A program made the translations under genes and the position numbers. Positions 40,051-50,500 of a DNA stretch of 64,000 nucleotides are shown piece after piece. The DNA is from a plasmid. The stretch lies in the sequence record CP019900.1; one strand, written 5' to 3'. Within the stretch, counting starts at the first letter, position 1; each line of letters opens with the position of its first letter. The notes beneath the pieces were generated by a model. The model searched no databases. It was given only the letters and a program-made list of their open reading frames with translations, and was not told the origin of the DNA.

Positions 40051-40141
40051 TCTCCTTCCGCCCCGCCGTTGCTCCTTTGCCCTTTGCCGCCAGGGAACTC
40101 ACCGAGAGATGGATTAACCACCAGACCAGAGGAAAAGCAGA

Positions 40142-40522
40142 ATGAACACACAGAACGTCAACGTCAAAACCGCCACCAAAGAATCTACCGAAAGATGGGT
40201 TGAAAACCTTCTGGCCACCGCGATTAGCGAGCAAAAGAGCCTCCTGCTGTATCTGGTAGAGCTTAAAAGCAAGCGTATGAGAGAAAGCGAAAGAAGTGAA
40301 CTGGTATGGGGAACGTTGATGCGTATGGCTGATAACGTCCTGGGGGCGGGAGTGGTTGACTGGCACGCGGACGTTCTGCAGGTGCATTTCGGCGTTGCTC
40401 AACCGTGGCTTCAGTCCCGGAAACTCGTTGAGCTTCTTTTTGGTGATACCGGTAAGGAAGCGTGGAATGACGCACGCAAATACATTGCTGACTCAATGCG
40501 CGCTGAACGCCATATGCCATGA
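40142..40522 (+). CDS. Hypothetical 126-aa protein, first gene after Frpo-like copy 2
   Basis: ORF with SD GGAAAAG. Confidence 0.45.
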   Translation: MNTQNVNVKTATKESTERWVENLLATAISEQKSLLLYLVELKSKRMRESERSELVWGTLMRMADNVLGAGVVDWHADVLQVHFGVAQPWLQSRKLVELLFGDTGKEAWNDARKYIADSMRAERHMP

Positions 40523-40587
40523 GTCTGCTTTTTTTCCCAACATCTGGCGGTCCGGGGGCCGCCGGTGATCCACATAAGGAGAGATGT

Positions 40588-40935
40588 ATGAACTTACACC
40601 TGACCGAATCATCAGCCCATCCAGGAATGCTGGCTACAGCAGAATCAGAGCGCGAATACTGGCTGAGCCGGCAGAAAGCAGCGGTTAAAGCCCCCTCAGA
40701 AATCGACGTTCACACGTTCCATGACGCGCTGGGCCTGATGTATCCGCTCAACTGGTCAACAAGTGAGAACGGCGAGTGGGAAACGTTCATGCTGCAGGAG
40801 ATGGTCTGCGGTGACGTGACAGAGATATATGCCCGCTACGGAGCCAGATATTTCCGGCTGCGGGATGTGTGCAACATGAGCCATGCGCAGATCACAACGC
40901 GCATTAAGGAGGAATTTAACCTGTTCCGGAAATGA
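40588..40935 (+). CDS. Hypothetical 115-aa protein
   Basis: SD AAGGAGAG before MNLHLTE. Confidence 0.45.
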   Translation: MNLHLTESSAHPGMLATAESEREYWLSRQKAAVKAPSEIDVHTFHDALGLMYPLNWSTSENGEWETFMLQEMVCGDVTEIYARYGARYFRLRDVCNMSHAQITTRIKEEFNLFRK

Positions 40936-41299
40936 AAAAAGCAGGGAAAACCCTGCTTTATCCATGCCGTAAAAGTCGCGGGAACGATTTTTTCGGCTGT
41001 TCAAATTAACTAACAGGTACATATGAACCTATCTATTCTTTCACCTTCCACTGAGGCTGTAAAGCCCCGCCGTCATCAACGCAATCTGCGTGATGATATC
41101 GCCGCACAGGAGATTGACCCGGCGCTGAAGGCCTTCGGGCGGCATATTGCCCGGAGCGTTCGCAAGGGGCGTGGTGTCCATATCCCCGCGATGAACAACA
41201 CCGCCTTCGGGCAGGTGCTCCGCACGCTTGAACTCAAACGCGCATGTAACTGACAAGGTGAGCCGCTCCTTCGGGAGCGGCAACAGCGGAGATAATGCT

Positions 41300-42133
41300 A
41301 TGTCACAGCTGAGTTTTGCCGATGTGTTCAATATGGCCAGAGAAACCGCGGATAACAGCCCTGTCATTCAGGCAGGGCAGCAGATCGCGGAACAGGTGCC
41401 TGCGGTTCATCGTATGATGAGCGAGCAGTACAGCCGGGGCCGTTTTATCAGCCTTTTTAAGGATATGGGCCGCCATCTGGGGCGCTGGGAAGTGTTCAGT
41501 GATTTTCTGTCACTCGCCGCCAGTGAGCTGGATATGGCCCGGATAAGAACGCCGGAGAGCATGGAGCACTGCCGGAAAATCTGCGCCCGGTACGAGGCCA
41601 CCGACATCGCGAACATGCAGGAAATGTTCTGCCTGATGGTGTGTGCGCTGGAAGCGAAATTTCATGATTTCCTCGGCGCGATTTTTATGGAGCTGGAGCT
41701 GGGTGATAACTTTCACGGGCAGTATTTTACGCCGTATTCCGTGCAGTGTCTGATGGCGCGAATGCTGATGCCAGGCGTCAGAGACACTATCCGCCGGGAA
41801 GGGATTGCCACCGTCAGCGATCCGGCGTGTGGGGCCGCCGGGATGCTGATCGCCTGTGCAGAGTGCCTGCTTGAAGCGGATATTAACCCCTCCATGCACA
41901 TGTTCGGCAGCTGCATTGACATCGATCCGGTGGCGGCAGATATGGCATTCATCCAGCTGTCACTGCTGGGGATAGCGGCGGAAGTGGTGACGGGCAATAC
42001 GCTCACGATGCAGTTCCGGCGGGTGAGGTATACCCCGGTTTACTACCTCAATGATTTTGAAAAACGACTGGCAGATCTGCGCCGGTTCAGGGCTATGCGG
42101 GACTTCATGCGCGGAATACAGGAGGCCGCGTAA
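41300..42133 (+). CDS. N6-adenine methyltransferase-fold protein (HsdM-like motif I and GQYFTP) lacking the catalytic NPPF/Y motif
   Basis: DPACGAAGML (motif I), HGQYFTP (motif X); no (N/D)PP(F/Y/W) found. Confidence 0.55.
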   Translation: MSQLSFADVFNMARETADNSPVIQAGQQIAEQVPAVHRMMSEQYSRGRFISLFKDMGRHLGRWEVFSDFLSLAASELDMARIRTPESMEHCRKICARYEATDIANMQEMFCLMVCALEAKFHDFLGAIFMELELGDNFHGQYFTPYSVQCLMARMLMPGVRDTIRREGIATVSDPACGAAGMLIACAECLLEADINPSMHMFGSCIDIDPVAADMAFIQLSLLGIAAEVVTGNTLTMQFRRVRYTPVYYLNDFEKRLADLRRFRAMRDFMRGIQEAA

Positions 42134-42631
42134 ATAACCGGAAGGGCAGGGGATAACCTGCCCGACTGCGCTGAAAGGCCGCAGCGCCTGTGGCGCTGAA
42201 TAATACCGGCTGCGCTACGCGCCGCCCGTATTACTCCGGCGCGGTATTATCTCATCAATATTCTTTATTCATCCCTGTTACATCGCTTCCGATATTCTGC
42301 TGTGTATCTCTTCTGCTATTTATCTCTGATGAGAAATTAAATAAATACTGACCCGGGCGTCGTCCCTGTCGGGACACGGCTGTCGTGAACAGAGCCAGCA
42401 AGCTGTCTCTGCCCTGTCGGGCTTCCATCCTGACGCAAATTCAAAATCTCGCTTGCTGCATCCTTATCAGGATGCGCCGCTCTCACCGTGGCGATAAATA
42501 CCCGCCACTCCAGGGCCTGAACGTGAATCCGATAAACACCGGATTGACGTTCAGGGTTGTGCGCATTCTCACTCCTGCTCGATATCGCCCGACTTCATCT
42601 TTCGCGGAGGGCTGCTTTTAGCATCAGCCGT

Positions 42632-42680
42632 GGAGGAAATAAAGGGGTATATGAACGCCGCGCGCCCCTTTATTTCCTCC
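42632..42680. repeat. Perfect 16-bp inverted repeat GGAGGAAATAAAGGGG-N17-CCCCTTTATTTCCTCC upstream of klcA copy 2
   Basis: Read directly from the sequence. Confidence 0.8.
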
Positions 42681-42757
42681 CCGTCGGCTGCAAATTGCCC
42701 TTCGCCGCTCAGTGATGAAGTCGAACGTTTTAATAAACCGCGAAGGAGAAAATCAGT

Positions 42758-43288
42758 ATGCGCACAATGAAAGTCAACACCGCCACTCGTGAATCAGACG
42801 AACAGTTTAAAACAGACAAATATCTGCGCTGTGCCGTAACCAATGGGAAAGCTCGCCTGGATTTTATCCCGGACCTCTTTTTTACGCCGTTAGCCGATAA
42901 TATGGCCGCGAGCTGGTTACGCCAGCATTCTGAATACGACGGCGGTTCCTGGTCTTACTGGGTTATTCCACAGGGTGTCGGCGGGAATATTGCACCCAAC
43001 AGCATCCAGTTCATTACCACGCAGACCGGATATATCGCACCTGAAGGTGAGCAGCGTTACAGGATGTGCATCCCGGGAAATTATTTCGAAGGTGAGGTCA
43101 GCGCCGATGCGGCAGGCATTATTGCCACGCTGATGATTATGAACAGGTTGTCCTGGCACGTGGCTGAAATGGGGCCGCAATATGACCAGATCTGCAGGCG
43201 TCTGGTTTCACGGCAGGATGCACTGAAGGATTATATCAGCATTATTCAGCATCCCGAACGGCATTTAATATGGCGGGCAATTGATTAA
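42758..43288 (+). CDS. klcA: Antirestriction protein ArdB/KlcA family (copy 2)
   Basis: VSADAAGIIATLMIMN core shared with copy 1 and KlcA. Confidence 0.8.
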   Translation: MRTMKVNTATRESDEQFKTDKYLRCAVTNGKARLDFIPDLFFTPLADNMAASWLRQHSEYDGGSWSYWVIPQGVGGNIAPNSIQFITTQTGYIAPEGEQRYRMCIPGNYFEGEVSADAAGIIATLMIMNRLSWHVAEMGPQYDQICRRLVSRQDALKDYISIIQHPERHLIWRAID

Positions 43289-43325
43289 TCACTTCACTGT
43301 TCTGAAGACCTCATGAATGGGGTCT

Positions 43326-43805
43326 TCATTTTTTTGTTAAAGATGACTGGCCGGCATTTTTATTTTTCTTGATAGCCAGGTAGATGGCCTCAATCTTCCT
43401 GGCGTACTCCAGTCGTCGTATGGCCTGCCTGTCCGTTCTCCGGAACCCGGCATTGTAGGCGCCGACTGCCTCCCAGCTGACTCCCCATTTTTTAAAAGCC
43501 AGTGCCAGATAATAAGCACCGGTGTAAATATTCAGACAGGCATCAGTCAGAAGGTGTCCCGGTTTAATACCGTACTGCGACAGTTCACCCTGGTGTTGCG
43601 AGTCGATCTGCATCAGTCCGGCACCGTAGCCAGATCCCGGGTTTTTCCCGATGGCATTCACCTTCCATTTAGACTCCTGCCATGAAATAGCCCGCAGCAG
43701 ATCGGGATCTATTCGATAGTCCCGTCCTGCCATATCAAAACAATCCGCAGACCAGGCAGGCGTGGAAATTAAAAGCAGGGTAGCTAATACCAGTTGTTTT
43801 CTCAA
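43326..43805 (-). CDS. Lytic transglycosylase (F orf169/gene X family), first gene of the leading region next to oriT
   Basis: SLT domain motifs ([19 protein letters not shown]); signal peptide. Confidence 0.85.
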   Translation of the reverse strand: MRKQLVLATLLLISTPAWSADCFDMAGRDYRIDPDLLRAISWQESKWKVNAIGKNPGSGYGAGLMQIDSQHQGELSQYGIKPGHLLTDACLNIYTGAYYLALAFKKWGVSWEAVGAYNAGFRRTDRQAIRRLEYARKIEAIYLAIKKNKNAGQSSLTKK

Positions 43806-43884
43806 AAGACTCCCTCCGGGTCGGTTCCTGCAAATACGTTAACCCAGACCAGAACCAGACTCAACAGATATGCACTCCTCACCA

Positions 43885-43910
43885 CAAAATCACCACACCC
43901 CACGCAAAAT
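43885..43910 (-). promoter_or_regulatory. oriT nick region: F-type nic sequence GCGTGGGGTGT|GGTG on the minus strand
   Basis: CACCACACCCCACGC on the plus strand at 43891-43905 is the complement of the F/R100 nic consensus GGGGTGTGGTG. Confidence 0.65.
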
Positions 43911-44239
43911 TAAAATTTTGCAGATTTATTATTTAAACCATAGAGTTATGCTCAACTAAATTACACTATCTTTCATTATGTAATATAAATATGAATCGCA
44001 GATGAATCGCTAACGATTCACTTATAAATCGTGGGTGAATCAGTAACGAATCAACCCTTATGAAATCTAGCTTTATTGGCGAATTGACTCTAGATTCAAT
44101 TCGTGGTGTGATTCGCCTTATGAATCGAGTTTCAAGGCGGTGAATCTAGATTCGAATCGCGAATTGAATCGTTGGTGAATCGTCTGAATTGGTTGGCTGT
44201 AAATAGTATCAAGATTTCTTTTTATATTAAGGGATGGAT

Positions 44240-44632
44240 ATGGCAAAGATACAGGCATATGTTAGCGATGAAGTTGCTGAAAAAATTAATGCCATTGTGG
44301 AGAAACGGAAAGCTGAGGGCGCCAGGGAGAAAGATGTTAGTTTTTCCAGTGTGTCTACGATGCTTGTCGAGTTAGGCTTGAGAGTTTATGAAGCGCAAAT
44401 GGAAAGGAAAGAAAGCGGCTTTAATCAGATGGCTTTCAATAAGGTTTTGCTTGAAACAGTTTTGAAGACACAATTTGCAACCAACAAAATTTTGGGAATT
44501 TCTTGTTTGAGTCCACATATCTCAGGTAACCAAAAATTTGAGTGGCGATTTATGATTGATAACATTCTGGAAGACACTAAAGAAGTGGTCGATACATTCT
44601 TTCCAGAATCAGAAGATGGTGACGAAGAGTAA
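44240..44632 (+). CDS. traM: TraM (oriT-binding relaxosome protein)
   Basis: MAKIQAYVSDEVAEKINAIVEKRKAEGAREKDVSFSS... near-identical in pattern to F TraM. Confidence 0.9.
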   Translation: MAKIQAYVSDEVAEKINAIVEKRKAEGAREKDVSFSSVSTMLVELGLRVYEAQMERKESGFNQMAFNKVLLETVLKTQFATNKILGISCLSPHISGNQKFEWRFMIDNILEDTKEVVDTFFPESEDGDEE

Positions 44633-44774
44633 ACTACACAACATTAAGTTATCTAGATTATTAAACTAAAATATAAAAAATAAAAGCGGAATGATCTGCG
44701 TATTTTTAATGACAGGGAAGTGGGTTACATTTATCATAGTTTGAGAGGCTAAGGTCTCACAAAATTTGAGAATC

Positions 44775-44809
44775 GCTGATGTGAAGGGTTGGCCCCCTTC
44801 ACATCAGCT
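44775..44809 (+). terminator. Stem-loop GCTGATGTGAAGGG-TTGGCC-CCCTTCACATCAGC after traM, abutting the IS903 IRL
   Basis: 14-bp perfect stem. Confidence 0.5.
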
Positions 44810-44814
44810 GCCCG

Positions 44815-45870
44815 GCTTTGTTGAATAAATCGAACTTTTGCTGAGTTGAAGGATCAGATCACGCATCTTCCCGACAACGCAGACCGTTCCGTGGCAAAGC
44901 AAAAGTTCAAAATCACCAACTGGCCCACCTACAATAAAGCCCTCATCAACCGTGGCTCCATAACTTTCTGGCTGGATGATGAAGCTATTCAGGCCTGGTA
45001 TGAGTCAGCAACACCTTCTTCACGAGGCAGACCTCAGCGCTATTCTGACCTTGCCATCACGACTGTGCTGGTCATTAAACGCGTATTCAGGCTGACCCTG
45101 CGCGCTGCGCAGGGCTTTATTGATTCCATTTTTTCTCTGATGAACGTTCCGCTACGCTGCCCGGATTACAGCTGTGTCAGCAGGCGGGCAAAGTCGGTTA
45201 ATGTCAGTTTCAAAACGCCCACCCGGGGTGAAATCGCACACCTGGTAATTGATTCCACCGGGCTGAAGGTCTTCGGTGAAGGCGAGTGGAAAGTCAAAAA
45301 GCATGGCCAGGAACGCCGCCGTATCTGGCGTAAGCTGCATCTCGCCGTTGACAGTAAAACACATGAAATCATCTGTGCAGACCTGTCGCTGAACAATGTG
45401 ACGGACTCAGAAGCCTTCCCGGGTCTTATCCGGCAGACTCACAGAAAAATCAGGGCAGCATCGGCAGACGGCGCTTACGACACCCGGCTCTGTCACGATG
45501 AACTGCGGCGTAAGAAAATCAGCGCGCTTATCCCGCCCCGAAAAGGTGCGGGTTACTGGCCCGGTGAATATGCAGACCGTAACCGTGCAGTGGCTAATCA
45601 GCGAATGACCGGGAGTAATGCGCGGTGGAAATGGACAACAGATTACAACCGTCGCTCGATAGCGGAAACGGCGATGTACCGGGTAAAACAGCTGTTCGGG
45701 GGTTCACTGACGCTGCGTGACTACGATGGTCAGGTTGCGGAGGCTATGGCCCTGGTACGAGCGCTGAACAAAATGACGAAAGCAGGTATGCCTGAAAGCG
45801 TGCGTATTGCCTGAAAACACAACCCGCTACGGGGGAGACTTACCCGAAATCTGATTTATTCAACAAAGCC
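44815..45870 (+). mobile_element. IS903-like (IS5 family) element, 1056 bp, 18-bp IRs GGCTTTGTTGAATAAATC; no 9-bp TSD (flanks CAGCTGCCC vs GGCCATCAT)
   Basis: IRs and transposase recognised; flanks differ. Confidence 0.9.
44846..45814 (+). CDS. IS903 transposase
   Basis: DDE_Tnp_1; near-identical to IS903/IS102 Tnp by recall. Confidence 0.9.
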   Translation: MKDQITHLPDNADRSVAKQKFKITNWPTYNKALINRGSITFWLDDEAIQAWYESATPSSRGRPQRYSDLAITTVLVIKRVFRLTLRAAQGFIDSIFSLMNVPLRCPDYSCVSRRAKSVNVSFKTPTRGEIAHLVIDSTGLKVFGEGEWKVKKHGQERRRIWRKLHLAVDSKTHEIICADLSLNNVTDSEAFPGLIRQTHRKIRAASADGAYDTRLCHDELRRKKISALIPPRKGAGYWPGEYADRNRAVANQRMTGSNARWKWTTDYNRRSIAETAMYRVKQLFGGSLTLRDYDGQVAEAMALVRALNKMTKAGMPESVRIA

Positions 45871-45871
45871 G

Positions 45872-47536
45872 GCCATCATTTACGATCGCTCCTGTGAGTT
45901 CGTCAAAAGCTATTACGACCCGTCACTGGATAAAATCCTCAACCCGCTGGATTCGCGCTGCGCGGCCTGGGATTTGTGGAAAGAGTGCCTGACGCTGCCG
46001 GACTTCGACAACATCTCCAACACCCTTATCCCGATGGGTACCAAAGAAGACCCGTTCTGGCAGGGCTCCGGTCGCACTATCTTTGCCGAAGGCGCGTATC
46101 TGATGCGCGAAGACGACGATCGCAGCTACGAGAAGCTGGTCGATACCATGCTGTCCATTAAAATCGACAAGCTGCGCGCCTATCTGCAGAACACGCCGGC
46201 AGCGAATCTGGTTGAAGAGAAAATTGAGAAAACCGCCATCTCCATTCGTGCCGTGCTGACCAACTACGTCAAGGCTATTCGCTACCTGCAGGGCATCGAG
46301 AAGAACGGGGAACCGTTCACTATTCGGGACTGGATGCGCGGTGTCCGTGAGGACAGACCCAATGGCTGGCTGTTTATCTCCTCCAACGCTGACACCCATG
46401 CTTCCCTGAAGCCGGTTATCTCGATGTGGCTGTCAATTGCCATCCGCGGCCTGCTGGCGATGGGGGAGAACCGTAACCGGCGCGTGTGGATATTCGCCGA
46501 CGAGCTCCCCACGCTGCACAAGCTGCCTGACCTGGTCGAAATCCTCCCTGAGGCGCGTAAATTTGGTGGTTGTTATGTGTTCGGTATTCAGTCCTATGCC
46601 CAGCTGGAAGATATCTATGGCGTTAAGCCTGCCGCCACGCTCTTTGACGTAATGAATACCCGGGCCTTCTTCCGCTCCCCGAGTAAGGAGATCGCGGAGT
46701 TTGCTGCCGGTGAAATTGGCGAGAAGGAAATCCTCAAAGCCAGCGAGCAGTACTCTTACGGTGCTGACCCGGTGCGTGATGGTGTATCGACCGGGAAAGA
46801 AAAAGAGCGGGAAACGCTGGTCAGTTACTCCGATATTCAGACGCTGCCGGACCTGTCCTGTTACGTCACGCTGCCCGGACCGTATCCGGCCGTGAAGCTG
46901 GCCCTCAAATACAAGCCGCGTCCGAAAATTGCCGAGGGATTTATTCAGCGCCGACTCGATACGCGTGTTGACGCCCGCCTCAGTGCGCTGCTTGAAGCGC
47001 GTGAAGCTGAAGGCAGTCTTGCCAGGACGCTTTTTATGCCGGATGCGCCGGCATCCGGGCCCGCGGATACAAACAGTCACGCCGGTGAACAACCTGAGCC
47101 GATCAGTCAGCCTGCGCCAGCAGACATGACAGTATCTCCGGCACCGGTAAAAGCGCCGCCGACAACAAAGAGTCCGGCAGCGGAACCTTCCGTCAGAGCA
47201 ACGGAGCCTCCCGTCCTGCGGGTCACGACCGTACCGTTGATCAAACCAAAAGCAGCCGCAGCGGCCACTGCTGCCTCAACAGCATCCTCTGCCGGTGCCC
47301 CTGCAGCAGCTGCAGGCGGGACAGAACAGGAACTGGCGCAGCAGTCCGCAGAGCAGGGGCAGGACATGCTTCCGGCCGGCATGAACGAGGACGGTGTGAT
47401 TGAAGATATGCAGGCGTATGACGCCTGGGCAGATGAGCAGACACAGCGGGATATGCAGCGGCGTGAAGAGGTCAATATCAACCACAGCCACCGCCACGAT
47501 GAACAGGATGATGTCGAGATTGGGGGGAACTTCTGA
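45872..47536 (+). pseudogene. traD: traD, 5'-truncated (coupling protein; lacks the N-terminal TM segments and Walker A); reading frame begins directly at the IS903 IRR
   Basis: Frame from 45872 ([27 protein letters not shown]...) matches F TraD from about residue 190 onward; C-terminal Q/P-rich tail and GGNF end. Confidence 0.85.
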
Positions 47537-50500
47537 TGATGTCGATTGGCTCCGTTAAATCGGCGGGCAGTGCCGGTAATTACTATACGGATAAGGATAA
47601 TTACTACGTCATAGGGAGCATGGACGAACGCTGGCAGGGTAAGGGGGCTGAGGCGCTGGGGATCGACGGGAAAGCCGTGGATAAGGCGCTGTTTACGGAA
47701 CTGCTGAAAGGGAAGCTGCCGGATGGCAGCGACCTGACCCGGATACAGGACGGCGCCAACAAGCACCGGCCCGGTTATGACCTGACCTTCTCGGCCCCCA
47801 AAAGCGTGTCGGTCATGGCGATGCTGGGCGGCGATAAACGCCTTATCGATGCCCACAACCAGGCGGTAACCGAAGCGGTGCGGCAACTGGAGACGCTGGC
47901 CGCGACCCGGGCCATGACGGACGGTAAAAGCGAAACGGTGCTGACCGGAAATCTGATTGTGGCGAAATTCAACCACGACACGAACCGTAACCAGGAACCT
48001 CAGATACACACCCATGCCGTCGTCATTAACGCCACGCAGAACGGGGACAAATGGCAGTCTCTCGGCACAGATAAGATCGGTAAAACAGGTTTTATCGAAA
48101 ACGTGTACGCGAACCAGATAGCGTTCGGGAAGCTGTACCGGGAGGCGTTCAAACCCCTGGTTGAGAAGCTTGGCTATGAGACGGAAGTTGTGGGCAAACA
48201 CGGGATGTGGGAGATGAAAGGGGTCCCTGTGGAACCGTTCTCCACCCGGTCTCAGGAGGTCAGGGAGGCCGCAGGGCCCGATGCATCCCTGAAGTCCCGG
48301 GATGTGGCCGCGCTCGATACCCGCAAGTCGAAAGAAGCCATCGATCCGGCAGAGAAGATGGTGGAGTGGATGAACACGCTGAAGGAGACCGGATTTGACA
48401 TCCGGGGGTACCGTGAGGCCGCCGATGCGCGAGCCGCAGAGCTGGCCTGTGCACCTGCCGCGCCGGTGAACACTGACGGTCCGGATATCACGGATGTGGT
48501 GACGAAAGCGATTGCCGGTCTCAGCGACCGCAAGGTGCAGTTCACGTATGCCGACCTGCTGGCACGCACGGTCGGCCAGCTGGAGGCGAAGGACGGTGTG
48601 TTTGAGCTGGCGAGAAAGGGCATCGATGCCGCCATTGAACGGGAGCAGCTTATCCCTCTCGATCGCGAGAAAGGCCTGTTCACCTCAAACATCCACGTTC
48701 TCGATGAACTCGCCGTCAAAGCCCTGAGTCAGGAGGTGCAGCGCCATAATCATGTCTCAGTCACGCCTGATGCGTCTGTGGTGCGCCAGGTCCCTTTCAG
48801 CGATGCCGTCAGCGTGCTGGCGCAGGATCGCCCGGTAATGGGTATCGTTTCCGGTCAGGGCGGTGCAACCGGCCAGCGGGAGCGGGTGGCCGAGTTAACC
48901 CTGATGGCCCGGGAGCAGGGGCGTGACGTCCATATCCTGGCGGCCGATAACCGCTCACGTGATTTTCTCGCCGGTGATGTGCGTCTGGCCGGGGAAACGG
49001 TGACCGGTAAATCCGCCCTGCAGGACGGGACGGCGTTTATTCCAGGCGGAACACTCATCGTGGATCAGGCGGAGAAGCTGAGCCTGAAGGAAACGATTTC
49101 CCTGCTCGATGGCGCGATGCGCCATAACGTGCAGGTCCTGCTCTCCGACAGCGGGAAGCGCAGCGGGACCGGCAGCGCGCTGACGGTGCTGAAGGACAGC
49201 GGCGTGAATACGTATCGCTGGCAGGGTGGCCATCAGACCACAGCCGACATCATCAGTGAACCGGATAAAGGAGCACGCTACAGCCGGCTGGCACAGGAGT
49301 TTGCCGTCAGCGTGCGTGAAGGGCAGGAAAGCGTGGCCCAAATCAGCGGGACGCGTGAACAGAGCGTACTCAACGGCCTTATCCGTGACTCCCTCAGACA
49401 TGAGGGGGTGCTGGGTGAGAAAGACACGACCATTACAGCCCTGACGCCGGTGTGGCTGGACAGCAAAAGCCGGGGCGTGCGGGATTATTACCGGGAGGGG
49501 ATGGTGATGGAACGCTGGGATCCGGAGAACCGGACGCATGATCGCTTTGTCATTGACCGGGTGACCGCGAGCAGCAATATGCTGACCCTGAAAGACCGGG
49601 AAGGGGTCCGTCTGGATCTGAAGGTTTCCGCGGTCGACAGCCAGTGGACGCTGTTCCGGGCAGATACACTGCCGGTGGCAGAGGGGGAACGTCTGGCGGT
49701 GCTCGGGAAGATACCGGACACACGCCTGAAGGGCGGGGAAAGCATCACGGTGATGAAAGTGGAGGACGGGCAGCTGACGGTACAGCGGCCGGGGCAGAAA
49801 ACCACGCAGACCCTGGCCGTGGGCGCGGGCGTGTTTGACGGTATTAAAATCGGCCACGGCTGGGTGGAAAGTCCCGGCAGGTCGGTTAGCGAGACGGCAA
49901 CGGTCTTTGCGTCGGTGACGCAGCGTGAGCTGGATAACGCCACCCTCAACCAGCTGGCGCAGAGCGGAAGTCATCTCCGGCTGTACTCGGCGCAGGATGC
50001 TGCGCGCACGACTGAGAAGCTGTCGCGGCATACCGCCTTCAGCGTGGTCTCAGAGCAGCTGAAGACCCGATCCGGAGAGACGGACCTGGATGCGGCCATT
50101 GCGCAGCAGAAGGCCGGACTGCATACCCCGGCAGAACAGGCCATTCACCTGTCCATCCCGCTGCTAGAGAGCCAGGACCTGACCTTCACCCGCCCCCAGC
50201 TGCTGGCGACGGCACTGGAAACCGGGGGTGATAAGGTCCCGATGTGGTCTATTGAGATGACCATTAAGAAACAAATCAAGTCCGGACAGTTGCTGAATGT
50301 CGGTGTCTCCCCGGGCCACGGTAACGACCTGCTGATATCCCGTCAGACCTGGGATGCCGAGAAAAGCATCCTGACCCGGGTGCTGGAAGGCAAAGACGCG
50401 GTGGCCCCCCTGATGGACCGCGTGCCGGCCAGTCTGATGACGGACCTGACCGCCGGACAGCGGGCGGCGACCCGGATGATTCTGGAAACCCCGGACCGGT

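Noticed and set aside
41023-41253. 76-aa ORF upstream of the MTase-like gene
   Set aside because: Weak start context and basic low-complexity sequence; it overlaps the start of the following gene, so it may be leader or regulatory rather than coding. Low confidence, not listed as a feature.
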